This document shows, one piece after another, positions 36,464 to 46,021 of a stretch of 53,687 nucleotides of DNA (position 1 is the stretch's first letter; each line of letters begins with the position of its first letter). The position numbers and the translations under genes are program-made. The notes beneath the pieces are model-generated. The model saw nothing but the letters and a program-made list of their open reading frames with translations, searched no databases and had not been told where the DNA came from. Source of the DNA: Clostridiaceae bacterium (lineage in GTDB: Bacteria > Bacillota > Clostridia > Saccharofermentanales > DTU023); the NCBI GenBank assembly GCA_012518845.1, contig JAAYRJ010000047.1, forward strand, positions 1-53,687, given 5' to 3'.

Positions 36464-39400
36464 ATGTTAAAAAAATTACTTGAAATTATAGAAGAAAAGA
36501 AAAATGATAGACGCTGGAGAAGAGTTTTTATCTCCTCTGTTTTTGTTGTGATTTTTTTAACAATTTATGCTCTAACTTTACCTGCCATTACTTTAGATAC
36601 TGAAAAGGCAGTAGATCAAAATATTGTGCCTGGCCAAATAGAAGACACTATTCAAGTATCTGAATCTGAAACTACAGAGGTAACGTCACCTGCTGAGTCG
36701 AAACCTCAACGAGAACAGATTATTGAGTTTGATCTGGCTGAACAAACAACCATTCAAGAATCGAAATCAAGCCCAAGTCAAGGTCCTGAACAAGTAACCT
36801 CAAAAACACAAGAAGTCACAGAGCCTCAAAAATCAAATGTAAAGCAAGATCTAAACTTTAAGGACGAATCAGGCAAAACAAAAACAGAAGTCAAAATCGA
36901 TAATAGTGAAGTAGCTGAGGATGCAGTCTTAAAGGTTGAAACATTAGCTGCAGATCAAGCTGATTTGCTGAGAAAAAAAGCACAAATTGAAGCAAAAATT
37001 GAAGGAGAAATAAAAGAAATCATCTTTTATGATATTTCCTTTTTTGAGCAGGCTGGCGACTATATTCAAATGGATGAAACAGCCGCAGTTTCCTTAGATA
37101 CTGAAGCAGAAAAATTAACAGTAGAAGCTATTGATGAAATAACGGTCTTTCATTTTGAAGATGATGGACCGACTGAACTAGCAACCGAAGTTTCTCTCAA
37201 TCAAGATCAAGAATTAGAAGAAGTTAATTTTGAAACAGATGGCTTTTCTGTCTTTGCTGTGGTCAAACATTCCACCTGGACAGAAGCAAGAATTGATTCT
37301 GACCCATATTATTTGAAAACAGACATTGATGCAAATAATTCTCAATATCTCTATTTTGATACAGATGACACATTAAAGCATCAGGCTGATTGGACTGATA
37401 CTGGGCTTCATTTACATCAAATAGCTGGCAATAATTACTATATATCTAACCTTGCTAGAAACAAATATTTAGCTATTAATAACAATAATATCTCAATAGT
37501 AAATTCAGAAGCCAATGCTACCAAATTTAAACTATACAATCATTCAACAGAACCGCATACAGGTAAAGTAATGATTCAAGTTGCCGATTCCAATGGGACG
37601 CCGCAGATATTTGCCTATAACAAAACATCAGAAGAATATGAAATAGTCAACTCCTATGAAAAAACAGAGCCATCTATTATTTATCATGAATTTATCCCTC
37701 ACGATCCAGAATATATAGATGACTTTACACAACCTGATCTGATTGATGCGATAATACCAGATGGAGCATATGAGATTAGAGATTCTTATGGCAATTATAA
37801 TTTAGCAAATACCTATTCAATATCAGGTGATCCGGATGCTGCTCATATATTATTTAGACAGACATTTAATTTCCAAAGGCAAGCCGATGGAAGGTATCTA
37901 ATTACTTCTACTTTTAATAATAATTATTATCTAAGAATTGGAAATAATAAGCCAGTTGGCGGATACTATGGGGTTGTTGTTTGCAGGGATTATCAGGGAT
38001 TAGATGCTGCGCAATTAGATGGTAAATATATAAGAATTGCTGCATTAAAAACTCATCCTGATCTTTTCTATATTTACAATGATTATGGATCTTTACAATG
38101 GTATAAATCAGGTATTTCTGTACATAAATTTGGCTCAAGGGCTCCTAGTATGGGAAATCCATTGAGAATTTACAAAAATGGACAAAGTTTTAATCATTTA
38201 GAAAGCCAACCAACAGAAATATTAGCAGATATTAGAGATGGAAATTATGTAATCGGCAAAGCAAATTATCCACCAGATTGGAATGATCCTAATAATACAG
38301 AGTCGCCAGAAAATCTAGCTAATCCAAGCAGGATGGATTTAAATGCTTTAAATTTTAATGGTAGCGCAATAGAAAATCAAGCTGGATATATTCATGTAAA
38401 TGAAAAAGCTACAAATGATAATAATGAATATCATACGATTGAGTCTATTGGAAATATTGACCCGACCCAGTGGACCTTCAGCCAAACAGATAGACCAGGC
38501 TATTACACAATCACAAGTGGTAATCAATATTTGAAGTTTGATGGAGTACAAGTAGAATTATCCACAAATCCTCAAGAAATAAGAATTAGTAAACCAAATG
38601 ATAGAGTGGACCAAATAATGTTGATACATGGCGGTAATCGCTTGAGATATGTTGGGACAGGTTGGTCAGCTGTACCAAATTCAATAGCTTTAACCGATGC
38701 CGATTATCACTATATTGGAAAATTAATCGACGATGATATCCATTTTGAACTGACAAATCCAGAATTGGAGAATGGCAATAATTGGCTCAATAATGTCAGG
38801 CTTATGAAGGCAATGAAATTAAGCGATTTAAAAGGAAGTCTTGAAGCAAATATTCCAAAAGGCAATGCCAATGCAAGAGGTCCAATTGGTAGAAAATATG
38901 CACTTCAAAATCAAGGGCAGTTAACAACGCCCTTTGACAATCTTTATCGAATGGCCTTAGCGGATCTTGAACAAGGGCAATCCAATCCACCAGATCATTT
39001 TAAAGAATTTGCTTTTTTGGGCTGGGAATATACACAAGATGGAACAGTCTATATTATCGATGGGGATGCAGACTTTACGGAGAATGCAACACAACAAGGA
39101 ATCACAATAGATAAGCAATATGTCAAAAAATCTGATGGGAGTCCGTCTGATGTCGATGTTTTCATTCCATATGGCAATAGCGAAAATCCACTCAAAACAA
39201 AATGGCGCGAGCTTTCGGCTCCATTGTATTTCTATTTTAATCATGGTTCCGGAATCATGGACTTGGAAAGAGCGATTAGTGTTGATGAGCTTCTTGAAAG
39301 AGAATCAAATGCCAATCATTTATCAGGCACAGTCGCTAGAGGAAGATTGTTTTATGGACAAGATATAAATGATGTTATCAATAATGCCACTACTTCTTCG

Positions 39401-41761
39401 ATTACTGCCAATGCTAACCTTCAAAATAGATTTAAATCAAGATTTAGTCTCAATCTTACTGCTGATAATCTTATAAATCTAGATGAGAAATATCTCAATC
39501 AAATATTTATAGAGACAAGCCCAGGAGATGTTACGGCAGGTCAAACAATCACCCAGAATAAATTAAAAGAAGACTCAATTAATTGGCTTAATACAGAAAA
39601 TAAAATTCTCTCCATTCTTAAAAAATCCATAGATGGGACAGAGGATATTTATTATAAAATCGCTCCTGCCAATGTAAAAATAGAAAATTACAATATTGAT
39701 TTTTTAAATTTAGACAATAAGGCGAATGGTGTTTTCTTGCAAGGTATCGCCTATGGGGAAATGATAAATTTATCAATAGACAAGCAATTTACCAATCTGA
39801 CATTGGAACAGGTCAATGCGATAAAAGATCTCCATTCCACTGGGATTCCTAATAGTGAACAAGAAAAATATACTATTACCATTGAAGACGATGATAATTC
39901 GGATACTTTATACAAATTGACCTTTGACAATCCACAAACCCAATCAGCCTATCCACAAGTGGGGGATTCACCTAAAACTTATGATGCAATTGAAAGAGTT
40001 AGCAATAACTTTAATCAAACTGATCTAAGCGTTCAATGGCAGGCCAGAGTTTTTAAAGATGAAAAATACAAATTAGTGGAAAGTGGCATGGGCATGGATA
40101 GTAGTCTAACAGATGGTAAGAAAATGAATTTCTATAGTAAAATTATCCCAGTTAGGACAGATGGGGTGAATGTTGAGCCACAATTAGATGTTTTTTCCTA
40201 TGCCACACCAAAAATGAAGACATTAGAGACAGATATTATAAATACTGGTGAAGTGGATCATGTTCTTTTCTATAATCTCTACTCTTCTGAAGGCATGGTC
40301 ATCTTAACAAAGACAGATCAAGATGGCATGTTACTAAAGGGGATTGAATTTGAATTATATAGAAAAGAAGGAGAGAATGAAACGCTTGTAGACAAACTGA
40401 TAACACGTCCCGATGGAACGCTGGTGTTTACAGATTTACCTGGTAAAAAACTCAATAGTACTGAGAAAGTAACATATGTATTAAAAGAAGTTGAAAATCA
40501 AGACTCTATTTATAAATCATTACCAGACTTTACCTTTTCAATAGAGGAAATTCATGGAGATAAAAGAAATGTACATTCAATTTATGATTTTACAAATAAT
40601 CAATATTACACAGCAAAAGCTGGTAATTTTAATGATGGCGATAGGGGATTTAATTTTATCGATGTAACAAATACCATAGATGACATCCCATTATTAATGA
40701 TTGAAAAACAATTTGAAGGAATAACTTTCGCTGAATTTGATGCAATTGCTTTAAGTGATGGAGCTGATACATTTTATATTGAATTAATAGCAAAGAATGA
40801 TGGTGTGCAATATACAGAGATATTAAATTATAATAATGCAAATTTTGTTGGAAGAGATAAAAGCATGAAATGGTATATCGAAACATTTGATGATGGAGCT
40901 GGTGGCACAATTCTATTTAATGAAATGGATGAAATAGTCGTCAATGAATACAATCCAGAAATAGAAAAATATCCAGTAATAAAAAGAAATGCAACAATCA
41001 ATGAAGTAGCTATCAATCCTTTGGATTATCCCTATATAATTAAAAATGATCAATTTGTAGGAGCAGGCCAAACAGCTTTCCATTTGACCAATACCTATAC
41101 CGATGTCTTTGACTTGGCACTTCAAATAGAAGGTCGTTCAAAAAACTTCAATGATTATATACCTTTAGAAGGTATAAAATTTAAATTATATGGCGATCTA
41201 GATGAAGGTGGCGACCCTAATAAACCAAAAGACATAAATGGTACAACACTTTATCAATTGGAAAAAGAACATCAAAATATAGCTGCCACAGGACATACAG
41301 GATATTATTCAACAAATAATCAAGGAATAGATATTATCTACAATCTATCCTTTTATCCTGACAATCAATATGCCCTTGATCAAATATATGATCCAAATAG
41401 CGGGAAAGATCAAACATATTATCCATTGGAAAATCCATTTATTGTTGAAATAGTAAATCAAGGCGGAAAATTAACACCTAGCTTGAAAATGAAAATCGGA
41501 GAAGAATATAAAGATCTAACCAAAGAAGAAGTCAAAACCGAGATGGGCGTTTTTAGAGCTACTTATCAAAATGAATTGATGATCTTAAGGCTCCAACTTG
41601 ACCGAACCAATTACCGCCTACCAGAAACAGGAGGCATAGGTAGAGAAGTTATTAACAAAGTAGCAGTTATCACAATTGTGGCAGCTTCAACTTTATTAAT
41701 ATATAGAAGAAAAAAACATTTAACTAAATTACAAAGGAGAGGAAAAAATGAAAAAATTTAG
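36464..41761 (+). CDS. Very large LPETG-anchored surface protein; candidate pilus tip adhesin with lectin-like (beta-trefoil-type) repeats and SpaA/CnaB-type Ig-like domains
   Basis: 1765 aa. N-terminal signal/anchor VFISSVFVVIFLTIYALTLPA and an acidic spacer. Repeats of the type QWTFSQTDRPGYYTITSGNQYLKF / FNFQRQADGRYLITSTFNNNYYLRIG / HQIAGNNYYISNLARNKYLAI. Prealbumin-like fold block MVILTKTDQDGMLLKGIEFELYRKEG...DGTLVFTDLPG and a second one, LEGIKFKLYGD. Sorting signal LPETG (41618-41632), then a TM and a basic tail. Confidence 0.75.
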   Translation: MLKKLLEIIEEKKNDRRWRRVFISSVFVVIFLTIYALTLPAITLDTEKAVDQNIVPGQIEDTIQVSESETTEVTSPAESKPQREQIIEFDLAEQTTIQESKSSPSQGPEQVTSKTQEVTEPQKSNVKQDLNFKDESGKTKTEVKIDNSEVAEDAVLKVETLAADQADLLRKKAQIEAKIEGEIKEIIFYDISFFEQAGDYIQMDETAAVSLDTEAEKLTVEAIDEITVFHFEDDGPTELATEVSLNQDQELEEVNFETDGFSVFAVVKHSTWTEARIDSDPYYLKTDIDANNSQYLYFDTDDTLKHQADWTDTGLHLHQIAGNNYYISNLARNKYLAINNNNISIVNSEANATKFKLYNHSTEPHTGKVMIQVADSNGTPQIFAYNKTSEEYEIVNSYEKTEPSIIYHEFIPHDPEYIDDFTQPDLIDAIIPDGAYEIRDSYGNYNLANTYSISGDPDAAHILFRQTFNFQRQADGRYLITSTFNNNYYLRIGNNKPVGGYYGVVVCRDYQGLDAAQLDGKYIRIAALKTHPDLFYIYNDYGSLQWYKSGISVHKFGSRAPSMGNPLRIYKNGQSFNHLESQPTEILADIRDGNYVIGKANYPPDWNDPNNTESPENLANPSRMDLNALNFNGSAIENQAGYIHVNEKATNDNNEYHTIESIGNIDPTQWTFSQTDRPGYYTITSGNQYLKFDGVQVELSTNPQEIRISKPNDRVDQIMLIHGGNRLRYVGTGWSAVPNSIALTDADYHYIGKLIDDDIHFELTNPELENGNNWLNNVRLMKAMKLSDLKGSLEANIPKGNANARGPIGRKYALQNQGQLTTPFDNLYRMALADLEQGQSNPPDHFKEFAFLGWEYTQDGTVYIIDGDADFTENATQQGITIDKQYVKKSDGSPSDVDVFIPYGNSENPLKTKWRELSAPLYFYFNHGSGIMDLERAISVDELLERESNANHLSGTVARGRLFYGQDINDVINNATTSSITANANLQNRFKSRFSLNLTADNLINLDEKYLNQIFIETSPGDVTAGQTITQNKLKEDSINWLNTENKILSILKKSIDGTEDIYYKIAPANVKIENYNIDFLNLDNKANGVFLQGIAYGEMINLSIDKQFTNLTLEQVNAIKDLHSTGIPNSEQEKYTITIEDDDNSDTLYKLTFDNPQTQSAYPQVGDSPKTYDAIERVSNNFNQTDLSVQWQARVFKDEKYKLVESGMGMDSSLTDGKKMNFYSKIIPVRTDGVNVEPQLDVFSYATPKMKTLETDIINTGEVDHVLFYNLYSSEGMVILTKTDQDGMLLKGIEFELYRKEGENETLVDKLITRPDGTLVFTDLPGKKLNSTEKVTYVLKEVENQDSIYKSLPDFTFSIEEIHGDKRNVHSIYDFTNNQYYTAKAGNFNDGDRGFNFIDVTNTIDDIPLLMIEKQFEGITFAEFDAIALSDGADTFYIELIAKNDGVQYTEILNYNNANFVGRDKSMKWYIETFDDGAGGTILFNEMDEIVVNEYNPEIEKYPVIKRNATINEVAINPLDYPYIIKNDQFVGAGQTAFHLTNTYTDVFDLALQIEGRSKNFNDYIPLEGIKFKLYGDLDEGGDPNKPKDINGTTLYQLEKEHQNIAATGHTGYYSTNNQGIDIIYNLSFYPDNQYALDQIYDPNSGKDQTYYPLENPFIVEIVNQGGKLTPSLKMKIGEEYKDLTKEEVKTEMGVFRATYQNELMILRLQLDRTNYRLPETGGIGREVINKVAVITIVAASTLLIYRRKKHLTKLQRRGKNEKI

Positions 41762-43382
41762 TAAAAACATCACAATGCTAATACTTGCCCTAGTCTTAAT
41801 CTTGGCAAGCATTAGCCCCCAAGCAGCAGAAGCACAGAATAATGGTAAGATAACCATTACCAATCCAACAGAAGGCGTAACATATGAAATCTATAGGGTG
41901 TTTGATTTGACCTATAGTTATGAAGGAACTGCTGATAATAAAACTAATGAAGCATATAACTATACAGCAGTATCAGCAGATTTGGAAACGGCACTTACAG
42001 GAACAGATTATGCTAGGATATTAACAGATAAAACGAATCAAGCAGGAAGAAAAATAGTTAATGATAAGATACTTTATCCTCTTGATGATGGCACAACAGG
42101 AACAGGCGATATAATTAATAAATACGACTTTTCCAATTGGTTATATAATAATGGCAAGCCAGCAGATTTGGGATTGGTAAAAGTTAATGATACAGGGACA
42201 ACTGGAACTGAAGGATTAGAGTTTTCTAATTTACCACTAGGCTATTATCTTATTAAATCAAGCCAAGGCTCAATCGTATCCCTTAATACAACAGACACAG
42301 AAGTAGAAGTGGTTGACAAAAACATTAAGCCAACATTGACAAAGCAGGTAAGATTACCAGTGGCGACAGGTGAACAAGAAAATGCATTTGCTGATTCAGT
42401 TTATGCTAATATTGGTGAAAATGTAAATTATCAAATAGAATTTACAGTTCCAGCACATGCCAATCATCCTTTTACATTAACAGATATTTTAGGTACTAGT
42501 CTTGATTATGTATCTGGATTAAAAATTGAAAGAGTGGATAGTACAAATGCTGCTACAGATATTACTGCTGGAACTGAAACAGGCTATACAATAACAAAAA
42601 CATCAACATTTTCAGGTGATACTCCCAGAGAATTAAAACTCACTTTCCCCGTAGAAACCATTAGAAATTTAAGAAATCAAACAGTAAGAATTACTTATAC
42701 AGCAAAATTAAATAATACTGCTAGTACGAGTAATCACTCTGGACTAGTTGATAATTTAAATAATACAACATTAGCTTTTGACCCTTCAACAGATGTAGAA
42801 GATTTAACTGCAAAAGCATCAGTAAGAACCACAGACTTTAATGTTAAGAAATATACGCTCGATGGCACTACAGAAAAACCATTAGCCAATGCAAAATTTA
42901 AGATCTTCACAGAAGCTACTGGCGGCACTGCATTAAAATTTACTAAAGATGCAACATCAGAAAAATATTATCATGATCCGACAGGAATCGTTGACGAAAT
43001 AACCACTACAACTGAAGGAACTGTAAATGCAACTTTCAATATCGTAGGTCTTAAACCAGGAACATACTACATCGAAGAAACAGCAGCACCTGATGGTTTT
43101 AATGCAATTCAAGGAAGAATTAAATTAGAGATTGCTGAGGAAACTGTAACACCACCAGCTACTAATCCAACAAAAATGACTTATAAAGCAACCATTGAAG
43201 AAACAGCATCAGATTTAACAGACAACACCGTAAAAATCAAAAACCAATCCGGTGGTGAGCTTCCATCCACAGGTGGTGTTGGACGTACGATGATTTATAC
43301 AGTTGGAGCTATTTTATTCATAGGTTCATTAGTATTGATTATTGCTAGAAAGAGATCAAAGAGTACAGAGAATAACAAATAA
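41748..43382 (+). CDS. Major (backbone) pilin, SpaA/RrgB-like, LPSTG sorting signal
   Basis: 544 aa. Signal peptide ITMLILALVLILASISPQAAEA and N-terminal domain GKITITNPTEGVTYEIYRVFDL. Pilin-motif-like lysine context EVEVVDKNIKPTLTKQV. E-box YYIEETAAPDGFNA. LPSTG (43260-43274), then a TM and a basic tail. AGGAGAGGA RBS. The start lies inside the last 14 nt of the tip adhesin gene. Confidence 0.85.
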   Translation: MKKFSKNITMLILALVLILASISPQAAEAQNNGKITITNPTEGVTYEIYRVFDLTYSYEGTADNKTNEAYNYTAVSADLETALTGTDYARILTDKTNQAGRKIVNDKILYPLDDGTTGTGDIINKYDFSNWLYNNGKPADLGLVKVNDTGTTGTEGLEFSNLPLGYYLIKSSQGSIVSLNTTDTEVEVVDKNIKPTLTKQVRLPVATGEQENAFADSVYANIGENVNYQIEFTVPAHANHPFTLTDILGTSLDYVSGLKIERVDSTNAATDITAGTETGYTITKTSTFSGDTPRELKLTFPVETIRNLRNQTVRITYTAKLNNTASTSNHSGLVDNLNNTTLAFDPSTDVEDLTAKASVRTTDFNVKKYTLDGTTEKPLANAKFKIFTEATGGTALKFTKDATSEKYYHDPTGIVDEITTTTEGTVNATFNIVGLKPGTYYIEETAAPDGFNAIQGRIKLEIAEETVTPPATNPTKMTYKATIEETASDLTDNTVKIKNQSGGELPSTGGVGRTMIYTVGAILFIGSLVLIIARKRSKSTENNK

Positions 43383-43406
43383 TGGTAGATCATCAAGGGT
43401 GATCAT

Positions 43407-44249
43407 GTGAAAAAAGATAAAGTTTCAATTATTTTAGCGATCTTTTTATTGATAGGGATCTCCCTTTTGCTCTACCCCTCGATTTCGGATTTCTGGAATG
43501 CTTCTAGATCAACTAGGGTTTCTAATGAATATGATGAGGAAGTAGCCAATCTTTCTCATAAGAAAATTCAAGACATCTTAGAAGATGCTAGAGCCTATAA
43601 TGACAGGCTGCTTAACAGATCATATCCGACCACTATGACGGAAGAGGAATTAGCAGATTACTATGAGCAGTTGAGTTTAGAGAATAGTCAGGTGATGGCA
43701 AATGTCGAAATTCCATCTGTTAATATCTCGTTACCAATTTATCATGGGACATCTGATAATATTCTGCAGTCGGCAGTGGGACATATTGAATGGACTTCCT
43801 TACCGGTTGGCGGTCTTGGTACCCATTCCACAATAACGGGCCATCGGGGTCTGCTTTCGGCTAGGCTTTTTACCGATATTGATCAAATGGTGGAGGGGGA
43901 TGTTTTTTACATATATGTTTTAGGTGAAAAACTAACTTATCTGGTTGATCAAATAAAAATTGTCTTACCACATGAAATCAATGAATTGTTGATTGACCCA
44001 AATGAGGATTATGTAACTTTATTAACATGCACGCCTTATGGTATTAATACACATCGGCTTTTAGTTAGAGGTCACCGGATTGAGAATGAGGAAGCTGAAC
44101 TTTATTTAATCTCGGAGGCAACGCCGGTTAAGCCAGTTTATGTGGCTTTAGTATTGATGGTACCTTTATCGATAGCTGTAATTATTTTGTTACTTTATTT
44201 TGATAAAAGAAGATTGAGGAAGGAACAAGCGAAGAGGGAAATCAAATAA
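43407..44249 (+). CDS. Class C (pilin-polymerising) sortase, second copy
   Basis: 280 aa, GTG start. N-terminal TM, ARAYNDRL, IPSVNISLPIYHGTS, His in TITGHRGLL, Cys in VTLLTCTPYG, Arg in LLVRGHRI, C-terminal TM. Confidence 0.9.
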   Translation: MKKDKVSIILAIFLLIGISLLLYPSISDFWNASRSTRVSNEYDEEVANLSHKKIQDILEDARAYNDRLLNRSYPTTMTEEELADYYEQLSLENSQVMANVEIPSVNISLPIYHGTSDNILQSAVGHIEWTSLPVGGLGTHSTITGHRGLLSARLFTDIDQMVEGDVFYIYVLGEKLTYLVDQIKIVLPHEINELLIDPNEDYVTLLTCTPYGINTHRLLVRGHRIENEEAELYLISEATPVKPVYVALVLMVPLSIAVIILLLYFDKRRLRKEQAKREIK

Positions 44250-45227
44250 GTGAGCAAAAAAAATATTATTTACATTTTAATATTTATACTCTTACTTTTC
44301 CAAATGCCTGTTATAGTAAATGGCCAGGTGGTAGTTGAGTTGCCAGATTCTAATTTAAATCCAGTTGGTAATGTGTATTATCTTGGATCTTTTTCTGGAA
44401 ATAATTTAGTTTTTTCTGAGGACTTTAAAGAATTAGAAAATAGAGGCCTTAAGATAACGCAATCAAACTACACTGATAAAAATATTCAGCAAAGTCTGGA
44501 GTTTTTTGTTGCGGAAAAAGGGATGAAGCCACTTGTTTCTTTAAAAACAGAAGCTAACCAATTAAATTTTGAACCTACTGAACCCGGCCTTTACGGAATC
44601 ATTTATGACAAGAAAAAAATTGGTAACAATGTATATCAATTTAGATCAAGTTTTTTTAATTTCAATAATCAAAACCTCTCCTTTGAAATTAAACCAGATA
44701 AAATTTCCGTAGAAGCAGCTGAGCAGATTTTGGTTCGGGTTAGATGGCTTAATATTCCTGCCAAAGATAGACCAGAATATATTTCTCTTTCTTTATTTAG
44801 TCTTGGGGAGCTATTGCGTACACAAACCTTAGATCAAAACAATTTATGGAGTTTTGCTTTTACCAACTTAAATCCAGAGCAACTTTATGGTCTGATGTTA
44901 GAATTACCAGCAGGATTCGCTTACCGAATTAGGTCTGTAGGCGCTGGGCAATATGTTTTGGAGATTTATAGAACAACAGCTTCTGATCCCAGTAAATTAG
45001 AAGACCCAAAATCAACTGGCAGCCAGGTTAAGACAGATTCTATTTATACAGGTAAAATAAGAGGAGATGCAGATGATCTGGGTCAAAAGCCAGATGATGA
45101 GCTAAAAGCCAGGGAAGAAAAACTTCCCTACACCGGGCAACTTTGGTGGCCTGTACCTCTTTTGATTTTTGCTGGACTTATCTTATTTTTGCTTAGTATT
45201 TTAGGTGAAGAAAATGAAGAAAACTAA
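44250..45227 (+). CDS. Minor pilin / pilus base subunit candidate with CnaB-like domain and LPYTG sorting motif
   Basis: 325 aa, with a GTG start directly abutting the sortase stop. Signal peptide IIYILIFILLLFQMPVIVNG. CnaB-like LVRVRWLNIPAKDRPEYISLSLFSLGELLRTQTLDQNNLWSFAFTNLNP. LPYTG (45123-45137) then a hydrophobic stretch, but the tail is acidic (GEENEEN). Confidence 0.65.
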   Translation: MSKKNIIYILIFILLLFQMPVIVNGQVVVELPDSNLNPVGNVYYLGSFSGNNLVFSEDFKELENRGLKITQSNYTDKNIQQSLEFFVAEKGMKPLVSLKTEANQLNFEPTEPGLYGIIYDKKKIGNNVYQFRSSFFNFNNQNLSFEIKPDKISVEAAEQILVRVRWLNIPAKDRPEYISLSLFSLGELLRTQTLDQNNLWSFAFTNLNPEQLYGLMLELPAGFAYRIRSVGAGQYVLEIYRTTASDPSKLEDPKSTGSQVKTDSIYTGKIRGDADDLGQKPDDELKAREEKLPYTGQLWWPVPLLIFAGLILFLLSILGEENEEN

Positions 45228-45846
45228 CAAAAAAATATTGCGTATCTCAGGTTTATTACTATTATTTTTAGCACTATTACTTGTCGTGCACAATATTATT
45301 CAGGACAAAAATGCAGAAAAAACATCCAAGCAAGTATTAGCAAAATTTGAAGAATCAAAAGAACAACTCCAAATAGCGACAAGGACAAAATCGGAAAATA
45401 CAAACACAATTACAAATACCTTAATTTTACCAGATGAGGAAGAAGAAATCCTTATAGTAGACGTAGATGGAGCCCCAATTGTTGGTGTCTTAGAAATTCC
45501 AAACATTGATTTAAAGCTACCGGTAACAGTAGATTGGCATGAAGATTTGATGTGGGGCTATGCCAATTTATATCATGGGGAAAATTATTCAGACTCGCTT
45601 GTTATTATGGCACATGGTAATAAATCACATTTTGCTGGCCTTAATTATTTAGTAGAAGGCGATCAAGTTATTTTTACAGATGTATTAGACAGGCAAAAAG
45701 TTTATGACTTTGCAGGCAAAGAAATTATTCATGAAAATAATGTAGAAGAAATGATCGAAACAAATTATCCCTTAACTCTTTTTACTTGTACATTAGACGG
45801 TAGATCCAGAGTGACAGTACGCTTAACCGAAGCAGAGCTGAATTAA
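45214..45846 (+). CDS. Small sortase-family transpeptidase (class not assignable by eye; not class C-like in length)
   Basis: About 210 aa. N-terminal TM ISGLLLLFLALLLVV, LEIPNIDLKLPV, His in LVIMAHGN, Cys in LTLFTCTLDG, Arg in RVTVRL. The track ORF opens at GTG 45205. ATG 45214 follows AGGTGA. It overlaps the end of the minor pilin gene. Confidence 0.8.
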   Translation: MKKTNKKILRISGLLLLFLALLLVVHNIIQDKNAEKTSKQVLAKFEESKEQLQIATRTKSENTNTITNTLILPDEEEEILIVDVDGAPIVGVLEIPNIDLKLPVTVDWHEDLMWGYANLYHGENYSDSLVIMAHGNKSHFAGLNYLVEGDQVIFTDVLDRQKVYDFAGKEIIHENNVEEMIETNYPLTLFTCTLDGRSRVTVRLTEAELN

Positions 45847-45889
45847 TAATTTTAGATTTTGTTTTTAATTGTTGAAATACGAGAAAAAA

Positions 45890-45917
45890 TTGACAATCAG
45901 ACTATTATTGCTATAAT
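45890..45917 (+). promoter_or_regulatory. Consensus sigma-A promoter for the tRNA gene
   Basis: TTGACA (45890-45895), 16-nt spacer, TATAAT (45912-45917), about 25 nt upstream of the tRNA 5' end. Confidence 0.65.
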
Positions 45918-45941
45918 TAACTTTGCTTTAACAAATAAATT

Positions 45942-46017
45942 GCCCATTTAGCTCAGTAGGTAGAGCGCATCCATGGTAAGGATGAGGTCGCCGGTTCAAT
46001 TCCGGCAATGGGCTCCA
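45942..46017 (+). tRNA. tRNA-Thr (anticodon GGU), CCA encoded
   Basis: Cloverleaf read by hand. Acceptor GCCCATT/AATGGGC. D arm GCTC-AGTAGGT-AGAGC. Anticodon stem CATCC/GGATG with loop ATGGTAA (U33, GGT, A37). Variable AGGTC. T arm GCCGG-TTCAATT-CCGGC. Discriminator T, then CCA. Confidence 0.9.
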
Positions 46018-46021
46018 TGAG

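Noticed and set aside
37914-41125. Numerous 60-95-aa ORFs, mostly antisense, within the 1765-aa adhesin gene
   Set aside because: They are short and AT-rich codon artefacts with no start context. The sense frame is uninterrupted for 5.3 kb and ends in a proper LPETG sorting signal.
36464-41761. vWA/MIDAS or thioester (Cys-Gln) adhesive domain in the tip protein
   Set aside because: I found no DxSxS MIDAS motif. The only mid-protein Cys (VVVCRDYQG) does not sit in a recognisable thioester-domain context. The claim is not made.
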